From contig JBMNIW010000005.1 of NCBI GenBank assembly GCA_050951325.1, positions 192,001-256,000 on the forward strand: a stretch of 64,000 nucleotides of DNA, in the 5' to 3' direction. This document shows, in pieces, positions 50,632-59,684 of this stretch (position 1 is the stretch's first letter; the number at the start of each line of letters is the position of its first letter). The notes under the pieces are model-generated. The model was not told the origin of the DNA. It did not search any database and saw only the letters and a list, made by a program, of their open reading frames with translations. Both the position numbers and the translations under genes were made by a program. Source of the stretch: Clostridia bacterium (GTDB lineage Bacteria > Bacillota > Clostridia > UBA1212 > DUPL01).

Positions 50632-52263
50632 TTATTCAATTATGCTTTCATCCCAGGATTCGTGTTTTTCAACTCCTAATAGGAAGGCACAGGTTGCTGC
50701 AATATTGGATAAACCAAATCTTATCCTGCCATCTTTATCAAAACCTTCTTTTACTTTGTACTTGTTTCTGTTCTCTGTATTGTCATAGAAGATGCAGGGC
50801 ACAGGATTCAGAGTGTGGGCAGTTTTTGCTTTTGGTTTTCCGTTTTCATCAGTAACCAATTTGCCTTTCTTCACCTCATACATTTCATCTGCATTTCCAT
50901 GGTCAGCAGTAATTATTGCCATGCCTCCAAGCTCATCAATAACCGGAAGTATTCTTGCAAGGCACAGGTCAACAGTTTCTACAGCAATCCTTGCAGCAAG
51001 GAAGTTTCCTGTATGTCCTACCATGTCTCCATTTGCAAAGTTTACTCTGGCATACTTGTACTTGTTTGTTCTAAGTTCCTGGATGAGTTTGTCGGTAATT
51101 TCGCTTGCTTTCATCCATGGTCTTTGCTCAAAAGGAACTATGTCTGATGGAATTTCTACATATGTTTCAAGTTCATCATCGAATTTTCCGCTTCTGTTTC
51201 CATTCCAGAAGTATGTCACATGTCCAAACTTTTGGGTTTCACTTATTGCAAGCTGGGTAATTCCTTTCTTTGCAAAAAGTTCTCCCATGGTGTTCTGGAT
51301 ATGCGGAGGTTCTACCAGGAATCTTGAAGGAATGTGAAGATCGCCATCATATTCCAACATTCCAGCATAGCAAACCTTTGGAGAATATACCCTGTCAAAC
51401 TTGTCGAAGTCTGGCTCTTCAAAAGCTCTGCTAATTTCTATCGCCCTGTCGCCTCTGAAGTTGAAGAAAACAACAGAGTCATTATCCACAATCCTGCCAA
51501 CTGGTTCGCCATTTTCAGCAATGACAAATCCGGGAAGATCCTGATCAATTACATGAAGCTCCTCGCGATATGTCTTAATTGCTTCCTCGCTGCTTGAAAA
51601 CATCCTGCCTTCGCCAAGAACATGGATTTTCCAGCCTCTTTCCACCATTGCCCAATCGGCTTCATATCTGTCCATGGTGATGTTCATTCTTCCACCGCCG
51701 CTGGCAATTCTGGCATCAAAATCAGGACCATTAATCCCGCTTAGAAATTCTTCAAAAGGAATTACATATTCAAGAGCAGATGTCTCACCCACGTCACGGC
51801 CGTCCAGAAGAATGTGTACTCTTACTCTTTTAACACCATCCTGCTTTGCTCTTTTTATCATTGCTTTCAAGTGATCTATATGTGAATGAACGTTTCCGTC
51901 AGAAAAAAGGCCAATAAAATGAAGAGTCGAGTTGTGCTTCAATACATTTTCAAGTATTTCAATATAGCCTTTTCCTTTAAACATTTTACCAGTTTCAATT
52001 GACTCATTTACAAGCTTTGCACCCTGACTGTACACGCTGCCTGCACCAATTGCGTTGTGTCCAACCTCGGAATTGCCCATGTCTTCATCTGAAGGCAGGC
52101 CTACAGCAGTACCATGAGCACGCAATTGTACCATGGGATAATTTTGCATAAGTCTGTCCAGAGTTGGTGTATAGGCGTTTTTTACTGCGTTGCCTTCGAC
52201 AGTATTATTGAGGCCAATACCGTCCATTATTATTGTTACTACAGGACCTTTATATTTTATCAT
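50632..52263 (-). CDS. gpmI: 2,3-bisphosphoglycerate-independent phosphoglycerate mutase
   Basis: IMDGIG, MGNSEVGH, DGNVHSH, NFRGDR, DMVGHTG, TADHGNA, TAHT. Confidence 0.96.
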   Translation of the reverse strand: MIKYKGPVVTIIMDGIGLNNTVEGNAVKNAYTPTLDRLMQNYPMVQLRAHGTAVGLPSDEDMGNSEVGHNAIGAGSVYSQGAKLVNESIETGKMFKGKGYIEILENVLKHNSTLHFIGLFSDGNVHSHIDHLKAMIKRAKQDGVKRVRVHILLDGRDVGETSALEYVIPFEEFLSGINGPDFDARIASGGGRMNITMDRYEADWAMVERGWKIHVLGEGRMFSSSEEAIKTYREELHVIDQDLPGFVIAENGEPVGRIVDNDSVVFFNFRGDRAIEISRAFEEPDFDKFDRVYSPKVCYAGMLEYDGDLHIPSRFLVEPPHIQNTMGELFAKKGITQLAISETQKFGHVTYFWNGNRSGKFDDELETYVEIPSDIVPFEQRPWMKASEITDKLIQELRTNKYKYARVNFANGDMVGHTGNFLAARIAVETVDLCLARILPVIDELGGMAIITADHGNADEMYEVKKGKLVTDENGKPKAKTAHTLNPVPCIFYDNTENRNKYKVKEGFDKDGRIRFGLSNIAATCAFLLGVEKHESWDESIIE

Positions 52264-52365
52264 ATCTTCTCCTCCATAAAATTTATTTCAAGATATTACA
52301 TTTTTTAATGCTAAACAAATGAATTTTACTACATATATGGAATTTCATCAAGAAAATTTGGTTAA

Positions 52366-52443
52366 TTGCAAAAGTAAATGCAAAACTGAAGAAGTAAATG
52401 TAATTTGCAAAAGTAAATGCAAACGAGAAGAAGTAAATGCAAC
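52366..52443 (+). repeat. 39-bp tandem duplication carrying four AAGTAAATGCAA-type motifs
   Basis: Units 52366-52404 and 52405-52443; motifs at 52372, 52392, 52411, 52431. Confidence 0.85.
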
Positions 52444-52482
52444 GATTTTTCTGCCCCATACAGAGAAATCGTTGCGTTTTTT
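52439..52482 (+). terminator. terminator-like hairpin inside the IS left end
   Basis: GCAACGATTTTTCTG / CAGAGAAATCGTTGC followed by GTTTTTT. Confidence 0.65.
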
Positions 52483-52641
52483 GCTGGTTTAATCTATAAT
52501 TTAAAATAAAAGGTTCAGTTAGAGGATGTTTTTGGGCATGACAAACTAGCCTTGCATAATTTCTTAATTTTTACGAAGAAGTAAATGCAAAGCTTTTTGA
52601 CTCATTTTGCCCGCCAGGAGTTATCAATGTTTAGGATATGA

Positions 52642-53949
52642 TTATTTTATTAAAACTGGATGCAAGATTACATCCTTTGCTGGTATTTCAACCAGACCGA
52701 GTTTTGCGGCGATTTCATCGCCATATATTGCTTTGAAGACAGCAATTGGCGATTTATCCCCAAGTCTCGGTCTGGGGTATGAGTTTATATGATTAGTAAT
52801 CAGGTCTGTTTTTTCCCGATTAAGTCCGGAAAAAGACGACCCCTTAGACAAAATGCAACGGAAAAACTCATGGTTCCTTTCACATTTTGCCTTTTGGTTT
52901 GAGTTCATAGGATCACAGTAAAACACTCTCGACTGAGCTTCCCCTGTTTCTCTATTAATCTCAATGGTGGTTGGATCGGTGAACTCGGAGCCCCTGTCAG
53001 TGAGAATGACAGGGAACAGTTTTGAGAATTCCGAATCTGTCAGCTTTGACCTGAGTTCATCAAATATCTCCGCTACTGAGCGAGCTGTATTGGTACTGCG
53101 GTAGAAGTATAGCTGCAAATCGCAGTTTTTGAAAAGCAAGGACAGCACAACTGCCGATTCGCCCTTTCTTCCCATAACAGTATCCATTTCAACAACGTTG
53201 ACATAACCGCTTTGTTCCAGATAAGCCTGGAAATCGGAATATGTCCTGCCTTTGAAGCACTGCTTGTCCACTTTTACGGCAGGTCCGGCTTTTTTTCTTA
53301 ACCTTCTCTGGACGGTACGTGACAAATCGGTAGGTTTGGCTGACAAAAGCCCCATATGTAAGTATTTGTATACACTTCTTTCGGAAAGGTTCAAAACATC
53401 TTTTTGCTCCGTGCATATCAAGTGTATTGATTGTCCTTTTTTCAATCTTGGAGAAATGATATCGTCAATATGCTTCAAATGCTCACCGGTTACCGAAATG
53501 CCCTGTCTGGATTCCGAGAGCTTTTTCCTGTACTCTTTGTGCGCTTTTTCGGCATCATACAAGTATTTGGACAGTGGACATCTTGGTTTCTTTTCACAGC
53601 TATTGCAAACATATGGCGGAGAATCATATCTGGTACATATATCTTCCTCGAACTCACTGCAAAAATCATTACATCCACCGCAGTACTTGCAATTCTTGTG
53701 GTGTATTGCCTCGCATGAAGGCTTTTTGCATTTACCGGCGATTTTGCAGTCAAAACGCTTTTTACACGCATTTTTGGTTTGCATGGTTGAAACCTCTTTT
53801 CGACTGATGAAAACACGATGTTTTTTTACTTCTCTCATAATGGTGCTTGCCGGTCGTGACAAATCCACAGCTATTTCAGCAAACGATTTACCTTCCTTAA
53901 GCATTTTTTGAATGGTGATCCTGTCTTCCAATGTCAAATGTTTACCCAT
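52642..53949 (-). CDS. IS30-family DDE transposase with Cys-rich insertion
   Basis: HLTLEDR..I HTH, EMDTV, LTDRGSEF, KAKCERNH, NHINSYPR; RBS AAGGAGG. Confidence 0.92.
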   Translation of the reverse strand: MGKHLTLEDRITIQKMLKEGKSFAEIAVDLSRPASTIMREVKKHRVFISRKEVSTMQTKNACKKRFDCKIAGKCKKPSCEAIHHKNCKYCGGCNDFCSEFEEDICTRYDSPPYVCNSCEKKPRCPLSKYLYDAEKAHKEYRKKLSESRQGISVTGEHLKHIDDIISPRLKKGQSIHLICTEQKDVLNLSERSVYKYLHMGLLSAKPTDLSRTVQRRLRKKAGPAVKVDKQCFKGRTYSDFQAYLEQSGYVNVVEMDTVMGRKGESAVVLSLLFKNCDLQLYFYRSTNTARSVAEIFDELRSKLTDSEFSKLFPVILTDRGSEFTDPTTIEINRETGEAQSRVFYCDPMNSNQKAKCERNHEFFRCILSKGSSFSGLNREKTDLITNHINSYPRPRLGDKSPIAVFKAIYGDEIAAKLGLVEIPAKDVILHPVLIK

Positions 53950-54000
53950 AAATGCCTCCTTCTACTCCTGGACAGGCAACAAGGAAATAATTGCACATAA

Positions 54001-54139
54001 TTAGGAAAAAGTAAACGCAATTTTTATGGGTACCCTCCGGTACCCATAAAGGCATTTGGTATTAGGAAAAAGTAAATGCAACTCTAGCCATAAGTTATTA
54101 GAATGTGAGTATTTGCATCTTCGGAAGAAGTAAATGCAA
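54001..54139 (+). repeat. three ~20-bp direct repeats at ~60-bp period in the IS right end
   Basis: TTAGGAAAAAGTAAACGCAA (54001), TTAGGAAAAAGTAAATGCAA (54062), TTCGGAAGAAGTAAATGCAA (54120). Confidence 0.85.
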
Positions 54140-54260
54140 CTGTATCTTTGCATTTAAAAATTCAAATGACCTTTAATGAATATATTTTAAATAAACCAGT
54201 TTACATTTGGCCAATGCTTGTATATAATATGAGTAAAATAATACTAGGAGGTAATGCATA

Positions 54261-54878
54261 ATGAGGAAACTTATTGTTTTTATGCTTGTTATGGTCGTAG
54301 TCCTGTCAATGACGCTAATACCCTCCTCCGCTGAGGATGATTTGGTCGTCGATTTGGGTGCTATCGGCGGTGTCGAAAATTATGGTCCCCATGGCTATCC
54401 TGACCAAAAACTGCTAATGTTTGGTTATGGAACTGTTGTAAAACTAGGTAATTTCGATTTGTCAAAATATGATGCTATGGAAATTACATATGCAACAGAC
54501 CTCGAATTCCAAGCAATGAAAGAGGGAATGAAACATGTGGCTATTCTTGGTATCAAATCAGCAGAATCTCCAATTTTCGGATATGCAAACCTGGATTTCA
54601 ATGAAGAGAACTCCCTTGGCTGGGCTCCATTGACAGATGCGGATCCAGAAGCTAATCCTGACGGAGTCAACTGGGACAAAGGCGAAAGAAAGTGTGTAAT
54701 TGACCTTTCCGAGCAGAACTACAGTGGAGATGTTTACTTGATGTGCTACAACTCTATAGGTAACGAAACCCTTGTTGTAGGAATCAAGCTCATTGCAAAA
54801 CAAGAAAACCCAGCTACTGGCGACATCGGTATTGTAGGTATGGCTATCGTTTCTACTTTTGTGCAGCTCGGAATGTGA
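54261..54878 (+). CDS. secreted protein with NPATGD sorting-type motif, C-terminus probably truncated
   Basis: Signal ending SSA; NPATGD + short hydrophobic stretch without a basic tail; adjacent to an IS remnant. Confidence 0.65.
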   Translation: MRKLIVFMLVMVVVLSMTLIPSSAEDDLVVDLGAIGGVENYGPHGYPDQKLLMFGYGTVVKLGNFDLSKYDAMEITYATDLEFQAMKEGMKHVAILGIKSAESPIFGYANLDFNEENSLGWAPLTDADPEANPDGVNWDKGERKCVIDLSEQNYSGDVYLMCYNSIGNETLVVGIKLIAKQENPATGDIGIVGMAIVSTFVQLGM

Positions 54879-54889
54879 TTCAAGTCTAT

Positions 54890-55869
54890 CCGATAGTTTG
54901 ACACTTGCTCACATATCCGATTTTCAGAAAAGCTCATAATATGAGCTTTTTTTATATATTTTTTGTCAAATTTCCCTAGTTAGCTATTGCGTAATGTCTC
55001 GTAACGTGATATAATATCAGGTATTGGAGGTGTCATTATGGCTATTAGAGTATCAATATCTAAATCAAAAAATGCCAAGTCATACTATCTGATAGAAGAT
55101 GTTGTGAAAAATGGAAAGAGAACAACGCAGATAAGAGAAAAACTTGGCACTCATGAGGAACTGCTTAAAGAACTTAACGGACAAGATCCGTATGAATGGG
55201 CTAAGAAATACGCCGAGGAACTAAATAGAAAAGAAAAAGAAAACAAACAGGAAAAGAATATTATCGTTAAGTATTCCCCCACCAAGCAAATTATGAAGAA
55301 TAAACAGAATACATTTAATGGCGGTTACCTGTTCTTGCAGAAAATCTATTATGAACTGGGTTTGCATAAGATTTGCGATGAAATATCTGAAAAATACAAG
55401 TTTGAATATGACTTGAACTCAATACTCTCGAGACTACTATACAGTAGAATAATATACCCTTCCTCAAAACTATCTACGTATAAATTATCAAAAAGATTTT
55501 TTGAGCAGCCCAATTTTGACTTGCATCATATATACCGGGCCTTAAGTGTTTTGGCGGAAGAAAATGATTTCATACAAGCCACAATCTATGAGAACAGTAA
55601 AAAAATATGCAATAGAAATACCAAAATACTATACTACGACTGTACAAACTATTATTTTGAAATTGATTACGAGGAAGATGACAAGAGGTATGGTTATGGG
55701 AAGGATCATAAGCCAAATCCCATAGTGCAAATGGGACTGTTCATGGACGGAAGCGGCATCCCTCTTGCTTTTAGCATCAATAGAGGTAATGCCAATGAAC
55801 AAACAACAATGGTACCACTGGAAGAAAAGATACTATCTGACTTTAATCTGGCAAAATTTATTGTTTGTA
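54890..55869 (+). mobile_element. IS1634-family element remnant (left end plus 5' part of transposase)
   Basis: AGTTTGACAC end-like motif near 54895, internal promoter and RBS, transposase homology ends at KFIVC; left boundary approximate. Confidence 0.6.
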
Positions 55870-55910
55870 AGCTTATGTTGTATTGTAGTTTGAAGTGTAA
55901 TATAATTTAG
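55038..55910 (+). pseudogene. truncated IS1634-family transposase
   Basis: YPSSKL, IYRAL, LYYDCTNYYFEI, GKDHKPNPIVQMGLFMDGSGIP; stops before the second catalytic Asp (normally V.DAG). Confidence 0.85.
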
Positions 55911-55940
55911 TTATATTAGAAAATTTAGGAGGAATTGCGC

Positions 55941-56450
55941 ATGACTAAGAAATTTCTAGGAACAGTTTTACTACCGGGTAATTATGATCCTGTTACCAAA
56001 GGTCATATGAGTTCTCTCAGATACTTGTCCGAGAGAAGCGACAAGGTAATAGCGGTAATAATGACCCTTGAGGCAGATGAACATAAGAGATGGATTCCTT
56101 CTTCCGATATGAAGCAATTGATTGAAGAAGCAGTTAAGACAGAAGGTCTTGACAATGTGGAGGTATATATTGAAAAGGAAGGTTGGATAGCGGATACAAT
56201 CGAAAAGTTTCATGCCAATGGTGTTGCTAGAAGTTTCCATCCAAATATTTCAATAGAAAATGAACTGGAACTTATCAAAGCTGTAGTTGATTTGGATGTT
56301 CCTTTGCATCTTATTCCCAGCAAGCTTGATATTAGAGCTTCGAATATTAAATTCTTTGCTGAGGAAAATATGCTTAATGAGTTTTCAGATCAACTGCCTG
56401 AAAATGTATATAAATATATATTGAAACACAAATGTTTAAATCTTGATTAG
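55941..56450 (+). CDS. CoaD-like HxGH nucleotidyltransferase (divergent)
   Basis: PGNYDPVTKGH; size and layout of phosphopantetheine adenylyltransferase but without RGLR or SSS motifs. Confidence 0.65.
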   Translation: MTKKFLGTVLLPGNYDPVTKGHMSSLRYLSERSDKVIAVIMTLEADEHKRWIPSSDMKQLIEEAVKTEGLDNVEVYIEKEGWIADTIEKFHANGVARSFHPNISIENELELIKAVVDLDVPLHLIPSKLDIRASNIKFFAEENMLNEFSDQLPENVYKYILKHKCLNLD

Positions 56451-56461
56451 GAGGTAATCTC

Positions 56462-57013
56462 ATGTGGCCCGCAATTATTATTTCAGGTATATTGGTTATT
56501 ATAATCATTATATTCATAAGTGTATACAACAAGCTTGTAAAGCTTAGATTGAGAGTGGAAAATCAATGGTCTCAAGTGGATGTGCGTTTGAAAGAGCGTT
56601 TTGATTTGATTCCAAATCTTGTTGAAACAGTCAAAGGATATGCATCCCATGAAAAAGAGACTTTGGAAAACGTTATTAACGCTAGAAACAGAGCTGTTAG
56701 TGCAAGAACTCCTGAAGAAGCTATCGACAGTGAAAAAGGATTCCAAGGAGCTTTGAGCAGACTGTTTGCATTAGCTGAAAGCTATCCTGATTTAAAGGCT
56801 AACACTAACTTCATGGATCTTCAGAGAAAACTCAGTGATATGGAATCTAAGATTGCAAAGTACAGACAGTTCTACAATGACAGTGTAATGAGGTACAATC
56901 AGACGAAGGCTGTTTTCCCAAATAATATTGTTGCCAATATGTTTGGATTTGAAGACAAGCAGTTCTTTACAATTGAAACAGCTGAGAAGGAAGTGCCCAA
57001 AGTATCTTTTTGA
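56462..57013 (+). CDS. lemA: LemA family protein
   Basis: N-terminal TM, W.QVDV.L..RFDLIPNLVETVKGYA.HE, AESYPDLKAN.NF. Confidence 0.95.
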   Translation: MWPAIIISGILVIIIIIFISVYNKLVKLRLRVENQWSQVDVRLKERFDLIPNLVETVKGYASHEKETLENVINARNRAVSARTPEEAIDSEKGFQGALSRLFALAESYPDLKANTNFMDLQRKLSDMESKIAKYRQFYNDSVMRYNQTKAVFPNNIVANMFGFEDKQFFTIETAEKEVPKVSF

Positions 57014-57023
57014 AGGGATAGCC

Positions 57024-58925
57024 ATGAAAATCAAACATAAATTTATTTTAATATTCCTGGTTGCAATATTGACCTTGGTGTTTGGTGTTAATGTTGAAGC
57101 CAGGGATACTCACCTTAAAAAACTTGATTTCAACATTGTACTTCATGAGAACGGTGACATGACAGTCACTGAAACATGGGATGTGTCTTTTTCTGAAAAC
57201 CAGCACAATGTAGGATTCAAGACCATTGACTTGAAAGGCCTTGCCGGGGAAATAATTGATATTAGAGTTTCTCAGGGGGCAACTGAATTTACGTATGCGG
57301 AATACGGAGAAAAAGTGCATGATCCTGACTACAAAGGACAAGTTGGTACTTTCAGTACCCATGTTTATAAAAATGAGTTATGGATTGAGTGGTATATAAA
57401 CGAGTATGATACTAATAAAACGTACACCATATCCTACAGGATAACGGATGCTGTAACGGTATACAACGACACAGCGGAGCTGTACTGGCAGTTTCTCGGT
57501 ACCAATTTTTCTATGAATATAAAAAAGGTGACGGGCAAGATAACGATTCCGCAAGGTGCAAACGAGGAGAACTTCAGAGTATGGGCTCATGGTCCTTTGA
57601 ATGGCACCATAAAAAGAGATGGTACTGACCTTTGCATATTTGAGGTAAAGAATTTCAGAGCGGGAGACATGCTTGAAGTTCGACTTGCTGTGCCTGTTGA
57701 GGTATTTCCGGATTCATCCAATACTGTAAACAAGGATTACCTTGATACAATACTTGAAGAAGAGCAGAAATATGCTGACGAAGCAAATGCAAGGCGTAAA
57801 AGACTTATGATAATAGGTATAATTGATCTGGGTGTCGGGGTACTTGCTCTTGGTTTCGGTATAGTTGTTTCAATTCTATTGAATATTAAATACAAGAGGC
57901 ATGCAGTTGTGGACGATGTTGAGTATTTCAGGGATTTACCTGATAAAACATTGACGCCCGCTCAGGCATCCCATCTGTATTTCTTTTACAATCAAGCTAA
58001 AAGAAACAGGGGTAACGTGGTAAGTGCCACAATTCTTGAACTGGCAAGACGGAAATTTATTTATTTCGAAGAAGTAGTTGAAAAGGAAAAGCCTGATCTT
58101 GGAATTTATCTAAGCCAGGATAGCCCGGAAGAGGAAATAAATGATCTTCCCCAGGATCTTAAAAGCATATATGAACTTGTAAGGGATGCATGTAAGGAAG
58201 ATGGCTATGTAACATTGAAAGGACTTGAGAAATATACCTCCAGAAACGCTTATAGAGTAAAGGGACAGATTGACACTATGGAAGCTTCATCAAAGATGGA
58301 GTTTGAAAGAAGAAATTATCTTGATTCCAAATCCGAAAGTGTAAGAAATATTGTTATGGTGGTAAGTTTCCTGGTTCTGTTTGCCGCTTTCCTAATTATG
58401 ATAATATCAAACTTCTTTGTTCTGTACGCACCAATAGGTTTAATTATTGGAAGTGTAATCTCTTTGATTTCTTCATTTGGAATACTCAGGTTGAACGAAG
58501 AAGGCGAGCAACAGTTTGTTTACTGGAATGCTTTCGGAAAATTCATAGAGGACTTTTCGATGATGAAAGAGTACGAGGTTCCAAAGCTTGTAATGTGGGA
58601 AGAGTACATGGTGTATGCGGCCATGATGGGTAAGGCTGAAAAGGCTGCAAAGCAAATTCGCACCGTATACAAGGAGCTCCAGGATCCTCAATACTACAAC
58701 ACTCACCGGTCAAGCAGCTACTTGTACTACTTCATGTATTTGAATTCTACAAGAGGTGCAAGTTTCAATACATTTGGCAGCGTAGCCAAAACCTTTGACA
58801 ACATAAACAATTCTGCTACACGACTGTCACAAAGCAAAAACGTGTCCTCTGGAAGAGGGTTCGGAGGAGGTTTCAGCGGTGGTGGCGGAGGTGGCGCCGG
58901 TAGAGGAGGCGGCGGGTTCCGATAA
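57024..58925 (+). CDS. DUF2207-domain membrane protein
   Basis: Signal peptide, ELYWQFLG, WAHGPLNG, WEEYMVYA, Gly-rich GGGFSGGGGGG tail; typical LemA partner. Confidence 0.88.
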   Translation: MKIKHKFILIFLVAILTLVFGVNVEARDTHLKKLDFNIVLHENGDMTVTETWDVSFSENQHNVGFKTIDLKGLAGEIIDIRVSQGATEFTYAEYGEKVHDPDYKGQVGTFSTHVYKNELWIEWYINEYDTNKTYTISYRITDAVTVYNDTAELYWQFLGTNFSMNIKKVTGKITIPQGANEENFRVWAHGPLNGTIKRDGTDLCIFEVKNFRAGDMLEVRLAVPVEVFPDSSNTVNKDYLDTILEEEQKYADEANARRKRLMIIGIIDLGVGVLALGFGIVVSILLNIKYKRHAVVDDVEYFRDLPDKTLTPAQASHLYFFYNQAKRNRGNVVSATILELARRKFIYFEEVVEKEKPDLGIYLSQDSPEEEINDLPQDLKSIYELVRDACKEDGYVTLKGLEKYTSRNAYRVKGQIDTMEASSKMEFERRNYLDSKSESVRNIVMVVSFLVLFAAFLIMIISNFFVLYAPIGLIIGSVISLISSFGILRLNEEGEQQFVYWNAFGKFIEDFSMMKEYEVPKLVMWEEYMVYAAMMGKAEKAAKQIRTVYKELQDPQYYNTHRSSSYLYYFMYLNSTRGASFNTFGSVAKTFDNINNSATRLSQSKNVSSGRGFGGGFSGGGGGGAGRGGGGFR

Positions 58926-58942
58926 AATTTAAAAAATGTATG

Positions 58943-58971
58943 TTGACAAAACATGTATTTTTGTATACAAT
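58943..58971 (+). promoter_or_regulatory. sigma-A promoter with overlapping TTGTATACAA palindrome (putative GntR operator)
   Basis: TTGACA-17 nt-TACAAT; palindrome at 58961-58970. Confidence 0.7.
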
Positions 58972-58996
58972 CTCTCCAATAATTTTATAGGAGGGA

Positions 58997-59665
58997 TTGT
59001 TTTTGTTCTCAGATAGTTTGGAAAACGACAATTCATTAAGAAACAAAGTTTACATGACGATAAAGAAAAGAATACTGAATGGTGAATATCCTCCTGAGTT
59101 TTCACTTATAGAGCTTAAATTGTCCGAAGAGTTTGGCGTAAGCAGAACTCCTGTAAGGGAAGCTCTTCGACAACTTGAGTTGGATGGACTTGTACATCTG
59201 GTCCCAAACAAGGGTGTTTATGTTTCTGAAATTACAAGTAAAGATATAAGCGATGTATATGAGATGAGAATGCTCATAGAAGGGCTTGGTTCCAAGTGGG
59301 CAGCTCTTAATGCAACAGAAGCGGAACTTGAAAAGATGAAGGAAATACTTGATTTGTGTGAGTTTTATACAATGAAAGGCGAGTATTTGAAGGTACTTGA
59401 GTTGGACGGAAAGTTTCATGATATTATTTTCAAGGCAAGCAAGAGCAAGCCTTTGAATCTCATACTCAAACAACTGCACGAGTATATACAAAGAGCTAGA
59501 AAAGCATCCTTGTCATCACCTGGAAGGGCGGAAGCGGCTTTTCAGGAACATAAAGCAATTTATGATGCCATAAAGAACAGGGATGGGGAAAGCGCTGAAA
59601 CTCTTACAAGAGAGCATATATTAAAAGCAAAGGAAAGCTTGCTTAAAACATTTAATAATAAATAG
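58997..59665 (+). CDS. GntR family (FadR/FCD subfamily) regulator
   Basis: LSEEFGVSRTPVREAL; FH and EH motifs of the FCD domain. Confidence 0.93.
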   Translation: MFLFSDSLENDNSLRNKVYMTIKKRILNGEYPPEFSLIELKLSEEFGVSRTPVREALRQLELDGLVHLVPNKGVYVSEITSKDISDVYEMRMLIEGLGSKWAALNATEAELEKMKEILDLCEFYTMKGEYLKVLELDGKFHDIIFKASKSKPLNLILKQLHEYIQRARKASLSSPGRAEAAFQEHKAIYDAIKNRDGESAETLTREHILKAKESLLKTFNNK

Positions 59666-59684
59666 TGGGGAGAGTTAAAGGATT

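Larger units (their letters stand above)
52360..54171 (-). mobile_element. IS30-family insertion sequence, apparently complete (1,812 bp)
   Basis: Imperfect ~25-bp terminal IRs (GGTTAATTGCAAAAGTAAATGCAAA vs reverse complement GGTCATTTGAATTTTTAAATGCAAA); TTT on both flanks as the probable target duplication. Confidence 0.85.

Noticed and set aside
54001-54139. Repeat-spacer-repeat pattern resembling a mini CRISPR array
   Set aside because: Only three degenerate, non-palindromic 20-bp repeats, inside IS terminal IRs, sharing their core with the IR itself; no cas genes in the window.
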